Positions 1 through 10,490 of a stretch of 64,000 bases of DNA are shown piece after piece. How positions within the stretch are numbered: the stretch's first letter is position 1; each line of letters opens with the position of its first letter. The DNA is from Tubiluchus corallicola (lineage: Eukaryota; Animalia; Priapulida). The notes beneath the pieces were generated by a model. It had not been told where the DNA came from. It ran no database searches and saw nothing but the letters and a program-made list of their open reading frames with translations. The DNA lies in assembly GCA_030141605.1 (NCBI GenBank), contig JAQGDQ010000085.1:619442-683441 (forward strand), written 5' to 3'. The translations under genes and the position numbers were made by a program.

Positions 1-1
1 T

Positions 2-94
2 GTGGAATCGTTTTGTGTCATTGTGTATGTACTGTAAAATGAGCACACTATCCGACCAGAAGAAAACATCATCAATCTTCAAGTCTAATTCGTC
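2..94 (-). mobile_element. BEL/Pao LTR retrotransposon pol fragment (RNase H region), running off the window edge
   Basis: My translation of 94..2 on the minus strand is [31 protein letters not shown], matching the BEL/Pao signature ELxLxxxxxxFWTDSxxVLxYIxNxxKRFxxFVxNR. Not in the ORF track. Confidence 0.8.
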
Positions 95-3000
95 TCAGCA
101 GGCGAAGATAATTTACTGAGCATAAGCAATAGTATAACTTTTCGTACGTTTAATAGATGCATTGAATACCTGTTTGTGGTAATTCTCACAGTAATTCATT
201 TTTTACTGTTTGTGCCTTGCAACTCATTCACTCAATCAGAATGTAATGTTTTAATTCAGTTAATGTCTGTAATTTTTTTGAATGCATAATTGAACGTGCA
301 TAAACTACTTTTCACAAGTTTCTGGTGTTATTTGGCACTTTATATACTGTGTATAATTTATTTATTCAGCAAAATCAATTCCAACATAGACAAGAAAACA
401 AGATTGTAAGGTTATAAGGTTTTAAACATTTTTATAACTGTACTACTGATTTTATTTCATTTTCCATTTTATTATTATTTTATTTTACTATTCTATTTTA
501 TTATCTGATAGAACAAGATAGACAGGACTACAGTTTTAAAAACTACATTTATACTACATGTTTAAGCAAAAAACTGCACTCCTGGTTAGAATGAAACCAC
601 AATCACAATATAAATGAAAAGCACAAATTACAGAAACATTACAGTCAAAATACAGTGCAGAAAAAATACAGATGATATACATGTTTAAGCAAAAAAAACT
701 GCACTAACCATATGATTTAAAGAATACAGTGCAGAAAAAATACAGATATACAAGTTATACAGTTTACAGCATGGCAGAAAAAAAATAAAAACTGCATGGA
801 TAGGAAGGCAATGAAAATGAGTTATAGTTTAGTTAGTAGTGTTTGGTAGCTGGTTTGGTAGGGGCAGAAAAAAATATAAAAAAAACCCAAAAAACTGTGC
901 ACAGCAAAAAATGAAATACAAAATATAAAACAATACAATACAAATACAAAAATACAATACAAAGTTTACAACTGAACTAGCTTGCTAATATATAAATATT
1001 ATATATAAATTATTTACGAGTATACATAGTATACAGGTGTACTCGTCATGTATGCTCCACAACCTCACGTACGGCATTCGTGCTGTAAATTCCAAACGGT
1101 ACGGGTTTTGACACCTAAACGATTAGTTCTCTCTCCAGTGGAGACACACACAAAAAATACACAACGTGTGTCCCAGCAACCTCAAACGTGCGGCCTTCGT
1201 ACATTTAATTCCATACGGTACGGGTTTTTACACCAAAACGATTAGTTCTTTCATCAGCTGGGACACACACGAAACACATGTAGCCAACAGTTGGCTATAG
1301 AGGCAAGCTCTAAAGTGCAGGTCATTCTCCTTCGTCCTTGTCTTTCTGCTTCTCCTCCTCTTTTGCTTTCTTCTTTGCAGATATTCGGACAAGGACGCCT
1401 TCCAACCATTGCTCGTATGGGATACCTTCATTTGGGCAAAAAAGGTATCCACGCTGACACCGATGGTCTGTTGTTAGCAGTCTGTTCCAAGCCACATTTC
1501 TTGCAACTGTTGAAACACTTCAGGCGCTTGTACTTCGGAGCTTGCCCTTCTTATAGCATGCGACGATGGCGGTACGCTGTTGAGCGAGACACACTTGGTG
1601 GTTTGTCACCATCATCAGGACCATCATCAGGCAACTTCCGCTTTCTTACAGATGCCTCACCAGCTGTATTCGGAGGTAGAACGTAGGTGTACCTTTCCCG
1701 GTATTCTACAACTGGAGGTGCATCGGGAAGCTGATGTGCCGGTGGAAGTGGATGCGGTGATGTTAATGGCTGTGATGGCAGGTCCATACCCTGTACAAGT
1801 GTGTCCTGCTCTTTCGCTCTCATTTTCTTGCTGAACCTGCAAGGACAATATACAGTGTTACAATAATATAGTGTATACAAATGCAGTGTAAGTCACAGTT
1901 TTTAAACAGTGAAATTGTCAATAATAAAAATGCACTGTAAACTTACCAGTCGATCAGCGTTTTCTGATTGATGTAAAACAGCTGCAGCGTGGTGTGGGCT
2001 TGCACCTTTGGATTCGACGACAGCAGTTCCTGGATTTGGCCTTAATCCTCTAGAATGAGCCTCCATCTGGTAATCATCTTATGTGGACTGGACGACTTCA
2101 GTGGGCATGGATGGATAACGCACAGCTTCAGGCAGATGGCTTCAATTAGCCTGCTTGCACTTGGCCACTGAGCTGGCCCCACATTGCCTCCAACAAAGCA
2201 CCTAGAGAATAAAAAACAAATATTCAATCACATGAAATAATTGACTCAAAAATACAAGAGAAAAAACACGAGAAATAAAAATAAAATAAAATAAAATGAA
2301 AAAAATATACCTTTTAACACTCTCCTGTCCAGGTGCAACTTGAGACTTGGATGGCGCGGCCCTTCGTCAGCTGGGGCTTATGCCGTGGTGGATAATCGAT
2401 CCGCCTCTTGCCCACATCATGGAGGTCGTTCCACAGTGTAATAATGGTTGTCACCTGGGAGTTTGAGAGTGCAGCTGAACCTTTTATCGCAACAAGGTAG
2501 TTTGCAAGGTTTTGAACCCTTCCATTCCTGATGGTCCCATGAAAACTTCTGGTTGTTGAGTTGAAGTCGAAGGTATGGCTTCACCTAGTTGCACTTCTTG
2601 CACTTTCTCTGGTTGCACTTGCACTCCTTCTCCTTCACCGAAGAACTGATCAAGCTCATCTTTAATCGATGCTAGTATTTGATCTTCAGCTTCGATGTCC
2701 TCCACAGGTTCCAGTACTGCCTCGTCTTCTTCGTCAACTTCATCTTCTTCTTCATCCTTCACATCAGGGTCAAACGAAGGTGGCTTCAAGACTTTACCGG
2801 TTTGCGAGAAGAGGTATTCTACGCCTATCAGCTCAGCTATAAAAAAATATAAATAAAACTCAGACAATAATAAAAAAAATTTATCAGGCACAATAATGTT
2901 AAACTGAACATTTTGCACAAATTAAAGTAATGCAATATTACAAACCTGTGTATTTTCCTGGTGCTTGATATGAAGAATCATAATCGCATCCAAAAACCTT

Positions 3001-3810
3001 CCTGTTCAGTTCATTCACTGTCTGCTTCAACTCACCGCTGAAAGTCCGTTGAGAAATTTTTGTGGCGGTACTAACTGAAGCAGCAGCCCTATCCCCGTTC
3101 CATCTGACAATACCCTCTAACAGGTAGGCTTGGAAGTGCGTTTGATTTGCACTTGTTCCTAAAATTGTAATATATAGAAATTAATACTAAATACCAAAAA
3201 GAAGAAGCCCTGGAAAAAAAGCATATTATAATAGTGCTAAACCAAGAAATTCGTGTCATTTATCACAAAAGCATTTGAATTAATGGGATGAAGTTGACAA
3301 TATGGCTTTGAAAAGACTCCAAAGAAACTGAGCCACGTGCACATCTGTATACTGGCAGGATGACATCTCCTTTTCTCAATGTGCCTGTCTGCGTGTAGAG
3401 CTGGTAGTTTGGTGGATCTTGCAGACATTTCACATGACGTTTTTGTTGAGCCCATTCTGCCCTCATACGCTGACTGTCGACAAGAGGAACGCCCATGGTG
3501 TCCTTGCCTTGTTCTCCAGAAAAGACTTCGATTATTCTGTCTAGAAGGCGGGTCGTTTCCTTCACTCGTGTCGCACGACGACAGTGCCGAGCTAGCTCGC
3601 GTCTCGTCAATAGTCTTCTGACGTTAGCACTTGACAGTGAAATGCGCTGCTTCTCCAGCTCTGACCGTTTGGCTGCGATGAGTTTTTGGACGTCTTGGTC
3701 ATCCCACTCGAATATGGTTGCTGAGATTTGCCTCATGAATTGTGCATACAGTGGATGAGACTCGAGAGCACAGGATGCTATTCTTCTAATGAAGTGGTAG
3801 ATATCTAGAC

Positions 3811-6062
3811 CAGTGATTTTCAACCTTTTTTGAGCCACGGCACATTTTTTACATTTCCAAAATCCTCGGGCACACCACCAACCAAAATGACACAAATTGA
3901 CACTCTAACACAGTACATATTATACATATAGTTAATAATATAGTTTCTAAATGTATTTCTACTCACTTAGTGTGAAACCTGGGCCTGTTTCAATGAACGC
4001 AAAAGGGATATCCTGGCAGGAATGGTGGAAAGACACAACACGAAGCTCTTCCTCAACAGCTCTCAGTCTCTCTCTGTTTTTAGTTTTTATCGCAGTCAAG
4101 CTTGAGAAGCTCAGCTCACATAGATATGTGGTTGAAAACGGGAGCAATGTCAAAATAGCTTTGTTGGCCAGAATGGGGAACTCCTTGGCAACAGATAACC
4201 AAAAACGGCCCAAAGGAAGATCAGCAAGGTTTAGCTTTAAACCACGATCTTGTTTCAGTTCTCCTTTAAAGTCATGTCCTTTCTAGCGGATACTGAGCTG
4301 TATGGATCCCTAACCCAGTCAAGGCATTCTGTGAAGGCTGAAGAGAAATAAAATGACAACTTCTCAAGAGTTTTCAAATGTGTGGCAATCACCTCGCACA
4401 TTGCAGCAGTGTTGCCATCATGCAGTTTCTCGGTGAGCGGGAACATCTCAAGGTTGCCACGCTGCACATGTTGTTGCCAGAGCTGCACCTTTAAACGGAA
4501 TCTGTTCAATTTATCAGTGCTTGTAAGCAGGTTTTCATTTCGGCCTTGCATCCGTGTGTTCAGTTCATTCAGATGATGAAATATATCAGCCAGGTATGCC
4601 AGCTTTGCACACCATTTATCATTTGCAAGCAGCGTTGAGTAATGGGACTTCTCGTTTGTCAGAAACACTTTAAGTTCCTCTCGCAACTCATACACACGGG
4701 CCAGCACTTTGCCGCGCGACAGCCACCGGACCTCCGTGTGGAGCAATAAGATTTTATGTTCCGCTCCCATTTCTTCACACAAAGACACAAATAAGCGACA
4801 TTTCTCAATTCGTCTTAATAAGCGTCTTCACAAATTTCACTATGCGCACAACATCATCCAACACAGGAGCTAGATCTGCTGGTAAGGTCTTTGCAACGAG
4901 GGCCTCACGGTGCAAAAAACAGTGCTAACAATAACATCTGGGTTTCTTTCTTTGACCCTACTTACGACCCGACCATGGCTGCGGCTCCATCAGTGCAGAC
5001 ACCTGTGCAGTTTTCCCATGTAAGCCCGCTTTTGTCAAGATATTCCGACGTGACCCGATATATTTCCTCTCCTGTTGATTTTTCTGGCAGTGCTTTGCAA
5101 AATAGGAAGTTTTCTCTAATGGCTTCTCCATCCACAAAACGCACGTTGGCCAAGAGCTGACAATGTCCACTAATATCCGTCGACTCATCAAGTTGCAAGG
5201 CAAATTTCTTACTGATGCGCATCTTTTCCAAAACAACAGTTTCAATGTCCGCAGACATGTCATCAATACGTCTGGCAATTGTGTTATCTGAGAGAGGCAC
5301 TTTAGCTTATCTCTTTGGCCGCGTCAGGGCCTAGCATCTCATTTACAATGTCTCTGCAAGCTGGCAGTATTAATGTTTCTGCTACAGTGTGGGACTTTTT
5401 TGATTTAGCTACGAGTTCAGCAACAAGGTAGCTAGCTTTGAGGGCTCTCTCGTTTACCTTTGTGGTTTTTCTCAAAAAAGTTGCCTGTTTCTCATTATTT
5501 GTACGTAAGCGTACAAAATACTCCATCGGCTTGTTTTGAACGGAAGGGTGTTTCGTTTGGAGATGGCGTTTAAGCTTGCTTGGCACCATGGTGCTATTGG
5601 ATAGCTTCTTGCCACACACCAAGCACAGCGGAGTCGGTGTGGTAGCATCCCCGGTAAAAGTAAATGCAAATGAAAGATAGCTTTCGCTGTATTGCCTCGA
5701 GCTCACCGTCTTGTCTTTTTTCTTTTGTCGACCACTCATACTAGGGCCTTCATCTGGGTCAGAATTTGTTCCAGGGCCCTGTTTGGCATTGGCATTTTCC
5801 CTTCTCAAAAACTTCTCCATCACTGTCACTTGCTCGTCTTGCTGAGATCCCAAACTGTCACTGTCACGTGTCACGCAGCACTAACGCTATTGACTTTACA
5901 GGCATTTATCACTCTCTGCTGCCACCCACTGAAATAGAAGAGTATTACATTATCGGCCACACTTTATTACAGCACAGACACCCGACAATGGTTAATTAAG
6001 TGATATTAGATAATTTCCCACGGCACATCAGTGTGCCGCAGCACACTGGTTGAAAAACACTG
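3811..6062 (-). mobile_element. Full-length Buster-subfamily hAT DNA transposon (2252 bp)
   Basis: TIRs CAGTGATTTTCAACC (3811-3825) and GGTTGAAAAACACTG (6048-6062), 14/15 match. Perfect 8-bp TSD ATCTAGAC at 3803-3810 and 6063-6070, with the central TA typical of Buster elements. Confidence 0.95.
3959..5874 (-). pseudogene. Buster/ZBED5/SCAND3-like hAT transposase, frameshifted
   Basis: Consecutive ORFs 5302-5874 (BED finger CLVC...[10 protein letters not shown]), 4962-5300 (FALQLDESTD...CTDGAAAM), 4255-4788 ([12 protein letters not shown]) and 3959-4213 ([13 protein letters not shown] dimerization region). Confidence 0.9.
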
Positions 6063-9041
6063 ATCTAGACGAACAATCAGGTTCTTCCACAAGTGAAACA
6101 TGGCATGTGTCTTACTCCTTGTTCCTGTCGATGAACAGCAATCCCTGTCTACGTACATCAGATGTGGCGGATCTTGGTTCGCCTCGCTGTAACATCTCAT
6201 CTGTCCAGCAGCCATCTCCATCAATCCAGCACCTTCTGCACACGTGGCAACAGATATGAGCACTTGTCCTAGCTCATTACCCACATTCGTAACCCAAGCT
6301 GCAGTGTCTGCACTGTGGCCAGCCAACTTCTTCACAACCTTCTTTGTGGAATCCATCTTCAGTATTTTGCCAAAAGTCGATGTAACCTTAGCCTTCACCT
6401 CAACTAGCCTCTGACGAACGTCGAGAGCATATACACTCAAAAGCCATTTTGGAGTTGGTACGGATGGCATTTGGGGAATAGCCACAAACCTCACTGGTGT
6501 TATCATGGCTGAAGCAAATGGCTCGCATGCTGTCAGGTATTGTGCTGTTTTCGCTAACCATGCTTCAGTGTGAGATTCCAAGAGTTTATTGTATAACTGC
6601 GCTGATGTATTCCCCTTGCTTCTCTCTCTCAACAATATCAGAAGACGCTTGCTACATGCATACCTGTATGTTAGTAGTGTAGGAAACTGTGAACGATGTA
6701 TTCCTGGGCACCATGCTGCAACTTTGGTATGGCATACTTTACATTCCAGATAGTCAGTAGCAAGAAGAAAGGTGCCATCCACATCAACTACTTGGCGAAC
6801 TGTCTTGTAATATCAACAAAGAGCCATTTGTCCTACGCAGTCGGGTTTTACACACTGCAGTCTCACCTTCGAGAAACGAAGTGGCATCCAAGAAATAATG
6901 GTCTTGCAAAAAACAGAGCCGTAGATGCTGGTGGCTGATTATGAATCATTGGAGGTTGTGATGGATGAACCCACATCTGGATGTTTGGTTCAACTGCCGT
7001 TTACCACCAGGTTCAATTATGAAAACAGCTTTAGAGTTCCAGACCTGTTGCCTCTTTGGTATGGCTTCTTTCCAGGCAAGAGACTCTATAGAGAAATAAA
7101 ACCAGTGTTAAAATTATATAAACACTATATTCAACATAGTCATACTACAGTCAGTTTCTAAAGTGCAGTTTCTAAACATTACAGTTTCTAAAAATTAGCA
7201 AGAACACATGAGGTACAAAAAAATTAGGAAAAAAATTAGAACTAACCTTAGGACCAGCTGGCCTTAGCTGACTCGTGCTTGGCTTACTCACGACAACTGG
7301 CTCAACCGGGGGTGGTACATGTTGTAGTTGACCACGTTGTGCTATGTCTTCTAACGTGACATGCACAGTACATGCTATAAAAATAAATTATTTAGTATAC
7401 ATAATTACAACACCTTCACACAAGTGCACACGAGTTATGTTAGTTTTAAAATAAAAAAGAAATGTTACTTACCAGTTACTTCAGCCAGATTTGCTGCAGC
7501 AACGAGCTCCTCGTCAGTCGGACTCTGCCTTCCTTCGTCTCAATCGAAATCTCTATTCTCTCTGACGAAATCTGGTAGTTGCTTCTTTACTGGGCTTTTT
7601 TCAACCTCGTCCCTCAGTTCAGGTTGAAGCATCAGATACTCCTTCAAGGCAAACTTATTTCTTGACAATGGTGTGTCACACATTTGCTCGTGTTTCATTG
7701 ACCTCACCACGTACAAAGCATACCCCAAAGCATTCTCGACTAACCATTTCACTGATTGACCGTGGTATTGCCCAAACGGAAGCCTGTATTGTCCAAGAAC
7801 GGTGATCTGTAAAAATAAAATATTTTCATATAGGTACTCTTAATAAATTCATAAATCATGCAAGTGCAATAAATTGTTTAAACATGTCACATACAGCAGA
7901 GTTTATAAAGTCGGAAAAGCGAACACTGCCTGTGGTGTGTTAACAAAATAATTTTTATTACTTACCCTGTCCTTTATGTTGGCACCCATTCTTTCAACCT
8001 CTTTGATGGCATTACTGTGCACAGTTTCAGCATCAAGGGCAGCCATACAAACTTGCCTTCTTGCTGTTCCACTTTTCTTCACAGCCTGCCTCCGAAGAAT
8101 TGTTGAATATCAGGTTGCCATTCCACAAACGATGCAGGTTTGGTCTGATGTTCGGCCTGAAGTCCATTTTTTCTGAACATAGAAACCTCAAAAAAATGAA
8201 ACAACTTGAATGTAAACTTTCTGAAATATCAACAGACGATAGAATATATCAGTATAAAATAACAAATAACAGTATAAAATATCAACAGTATAACAAGACT
8301 AGATTATGTCAACAAGATGAAACAACAGTGCAATAAATGAGCAAATAAGCAGCTAAAATCGCAGCGAAAACTAGCAAATATTCTCCTAGCACGAGAAAAA
8401 TGATGAAATGTGCTCAAAATCATGCCCTTTTATGCAGCAAACTCGTGAGAAAGAGCCGCTAAGGAGTAGCAAAGAGTCGGTAATGTCCAATCAGGAGGTG
8501 GCTCATCAATTTGTATCTCCCAAACTGACTCTCTGGTACTAGGCTAGCTCATCATGACTTCAATGTTTGCATTGTTTTTGCTCTATTATTTCACTTGTTC
8601 ACTATTATAACACACTGCTGAACGAAGCTCGAGTGCTAACTGAGCTGTTTTATTAACTAACAGTCTTTTGTGCAAAGACGCTCTTGCTACTCAACGAGCT
8701 GCTTTGTTAACTGTTCCTGCCTGCCTCCTGAATAGATTACATGCAAACAAATTAACTACATCCTGACTTTCAGGTAAACACATACTCATGCTCATACTGT
8801 TCGCATTTATGGAGCGCTGGCCCGCTATTGCATGTCAAAAAGTAGGAAATAAATTTGCTTACCGTTTGCCATCGAGTTCTCATGTTTCTCTCTCGAAAGA
8901 ATGGCAAAAGTTTCACAGAAAATGTAAATAATTTGTCGCAAACGCATTTCAAACGTGGCGGTGTGGCGAAACTACACGCGTGCGTGAAATTTGCATCAGC
9001 GCCATCTATTTGAAGAAATTCAAACGAATTCCCATTTTGTC

Positions 9042-10466
9042 TCAATTTGTCTCAATTGTCTCAATTTCACGTTGAATATTGGTGTCCGTGAGGTGCAATA
9101 GGTTTGGAAACCCTCCTTGGATTCCTGCAATTGTTCTAAACCTATGATCTACGCAACCTTGTACAGACATGTCTTCATGTTGGAATAGTTTTGGTTCAAT
9201 ATTGGACTGTGCTGTCAAAATGCGAGAGATCGCCTTATCTAGTTCAGAACCCTGAGCAACTGCCCACCCGACTAATCGTTGGATTTTTAATGGGGCCTTT
9301 AAATTTGATGGAACACCTGTCTTCACCCACTTATTAATATTAGAAGACTTATCTTTGCTGAATGAGCCAAGATAAGGAAAGAATGGTCCAAGTTCAGTAC
9401 TAAGGACTTGTTTTCCAAATCCTTCAGCATTGAAAACAGAGATGTAATCTTCGTTTCCAGACTCACACAGAGGGCAAACTCGATGGACAATTGTTCTTTC
9501 TACAAGTTCTAGTGGAGGTGGGAAGGCAATTCCATCAATGTTATTTCTTTTCCATTCTTTCTCTCTCATTTCTTTGGCTTTCAGAGTTGAGCATGTGTAA
9601 GGAGTGAATGTTGAATCCTTCACTAATCTCCAAAGGATGTAAACAAACATTCGGTCTTCTCCTTGTTTCAGTCGTTGAATAATTTGACGTGCATATTTGT
9701 TTGTCGCAAGGTTGATAATGGTAGTTGTATTATCAAACCTAGCCAGTAACTTTTTTGCTACTTCTCGTGGAGTAGCTTCTACAATGTCTTTGAGAATTCT
9801 AAGTTTGCAAGGAGACACCGTCCATAAAAAGTTGGCAAACTCTGATGTTTCTGCCGCTGCAGATTCGAAATACTCTCTTAAATTCACGTTTTTTGTTGTT
9901 TGGCTCTTTAACAGAAATTCTTCCACAATATTTCTTAGGATATTCTTCATATTTGGAGGAGAATAAATATTTATGCTGAAGGGATCATTGATCGGTTCTT
10001 CTGGATCAATTGTTGATTTGTATGGGACATCAAGGAAATTCATCAACAAACACTTTACAAATTGGTTCTCTGAGATCTCTAAGAATCCCTTGATAACATA
10101 GAGTTCATCCATCAATGGATCCGCTGTGGTCAATGCAAACAATATTTCTTGGATATTTTCTAAGCAGAGTTGGGCATTACTTGGAGTGAATGGGTATTTG
10201 ATTAGTTCTTGATTGCCTCCCATAAATGTGAAAGACTGTGTGGTTATTAAATTTAGTAAACCCTGACCTGAAACTGGTGAAAATATTAAAAATGATTTCA
10301 TTGATCGATAAACTTCACATGCGTAAAGAAAATAGTAAGGAAGTGGGCTGCACCCGTACTCTGCTCCAGCACTGAATCTAGTACCAAGTGAAGATATTGA
10401 ATTCCACAAAGATGGTCTAGTGTCATTGGGAAAAATTCCTCCTCGACAAATTCTTTTTAGGCTCAT
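9042..10466 (-). other. Endogenous viral element: L protein fragment (RdRp C-terminal part and PRNTase capping domain) of a Mononegavirales- or Jingchuvirales-like virus; 474-codon open frame
   Basis: SLKRICR...ND..PSLWNSISS (post-palm block) and DPFSINI. PRNTase motifs in canonical order: A (REKEWKRNNIDGIAFP), B (PYLGSFS), C (W in LVGW) and D (VDHRF followed by GGF). No GDNQ palm, motif E or methyltransferase. The last ~15 codons are probably read-through into the neighbouring element. Confidence 0.88.
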
Positions 10467-10490
10467 GGTGAGTTGACTCCCTTGTCAATG

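Larger units (their letters stand above)
1322..8122 (-). pseudogene. Intron-containing Dada-like transposase pseudogene, interrupted by a hAT
   Basis: N-terminal LPFGQYHGQSVKWLVENALGY; core LKMDSTKKVVKKLAG...NVGNELGQVLISV...PPHLMYVDRDCC, then RLD|IYHF (DxxH), then YRCARGSVSLESF; C-terminal CKKCG...GH...FCP...EQWL. GT-AG introns (e.g. about 7808-7965) and several stops and frameshifts. Confidence 0.75.
100..9088 (-). mobile_element. Dada-like (DUF6729-type DDE) DNA transposon, decayed; ends approximate
   Basis: Multi-exon transposase remnants (next feature). Three tandem AATTGAGACA copies at about 9036-9066 near the presumed 5' end. Duplicated CGGTACGGGTTTT...AACGATTAGTTCT blocks at about 1090 and 1210 downstream of the gene. 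No TIR or TSD found. Superfamily assignment is from recalled motifs. Confidence 0.6.

Noticed and set aside
1-130. Continuation of the viral L gene or the missing hAT 3' end left of the Dada-like element
   Set aside because: This sequence translates as BEL/Pao RNase H and no TSD links the two sides, so simple nesting is not supported.
8996-9012. CTCF-like motif CAGCGCCATCTA
   Set aside because: A single short match, common in transposon ends; no way to support function.
9042-10466. Complete or replication-competent viral polymerase gene
   Set aside because: The GDNQ palm, PRNTase motif E and methyltransferase are absent, and no N, P, M or G genes are recognisable in the window.
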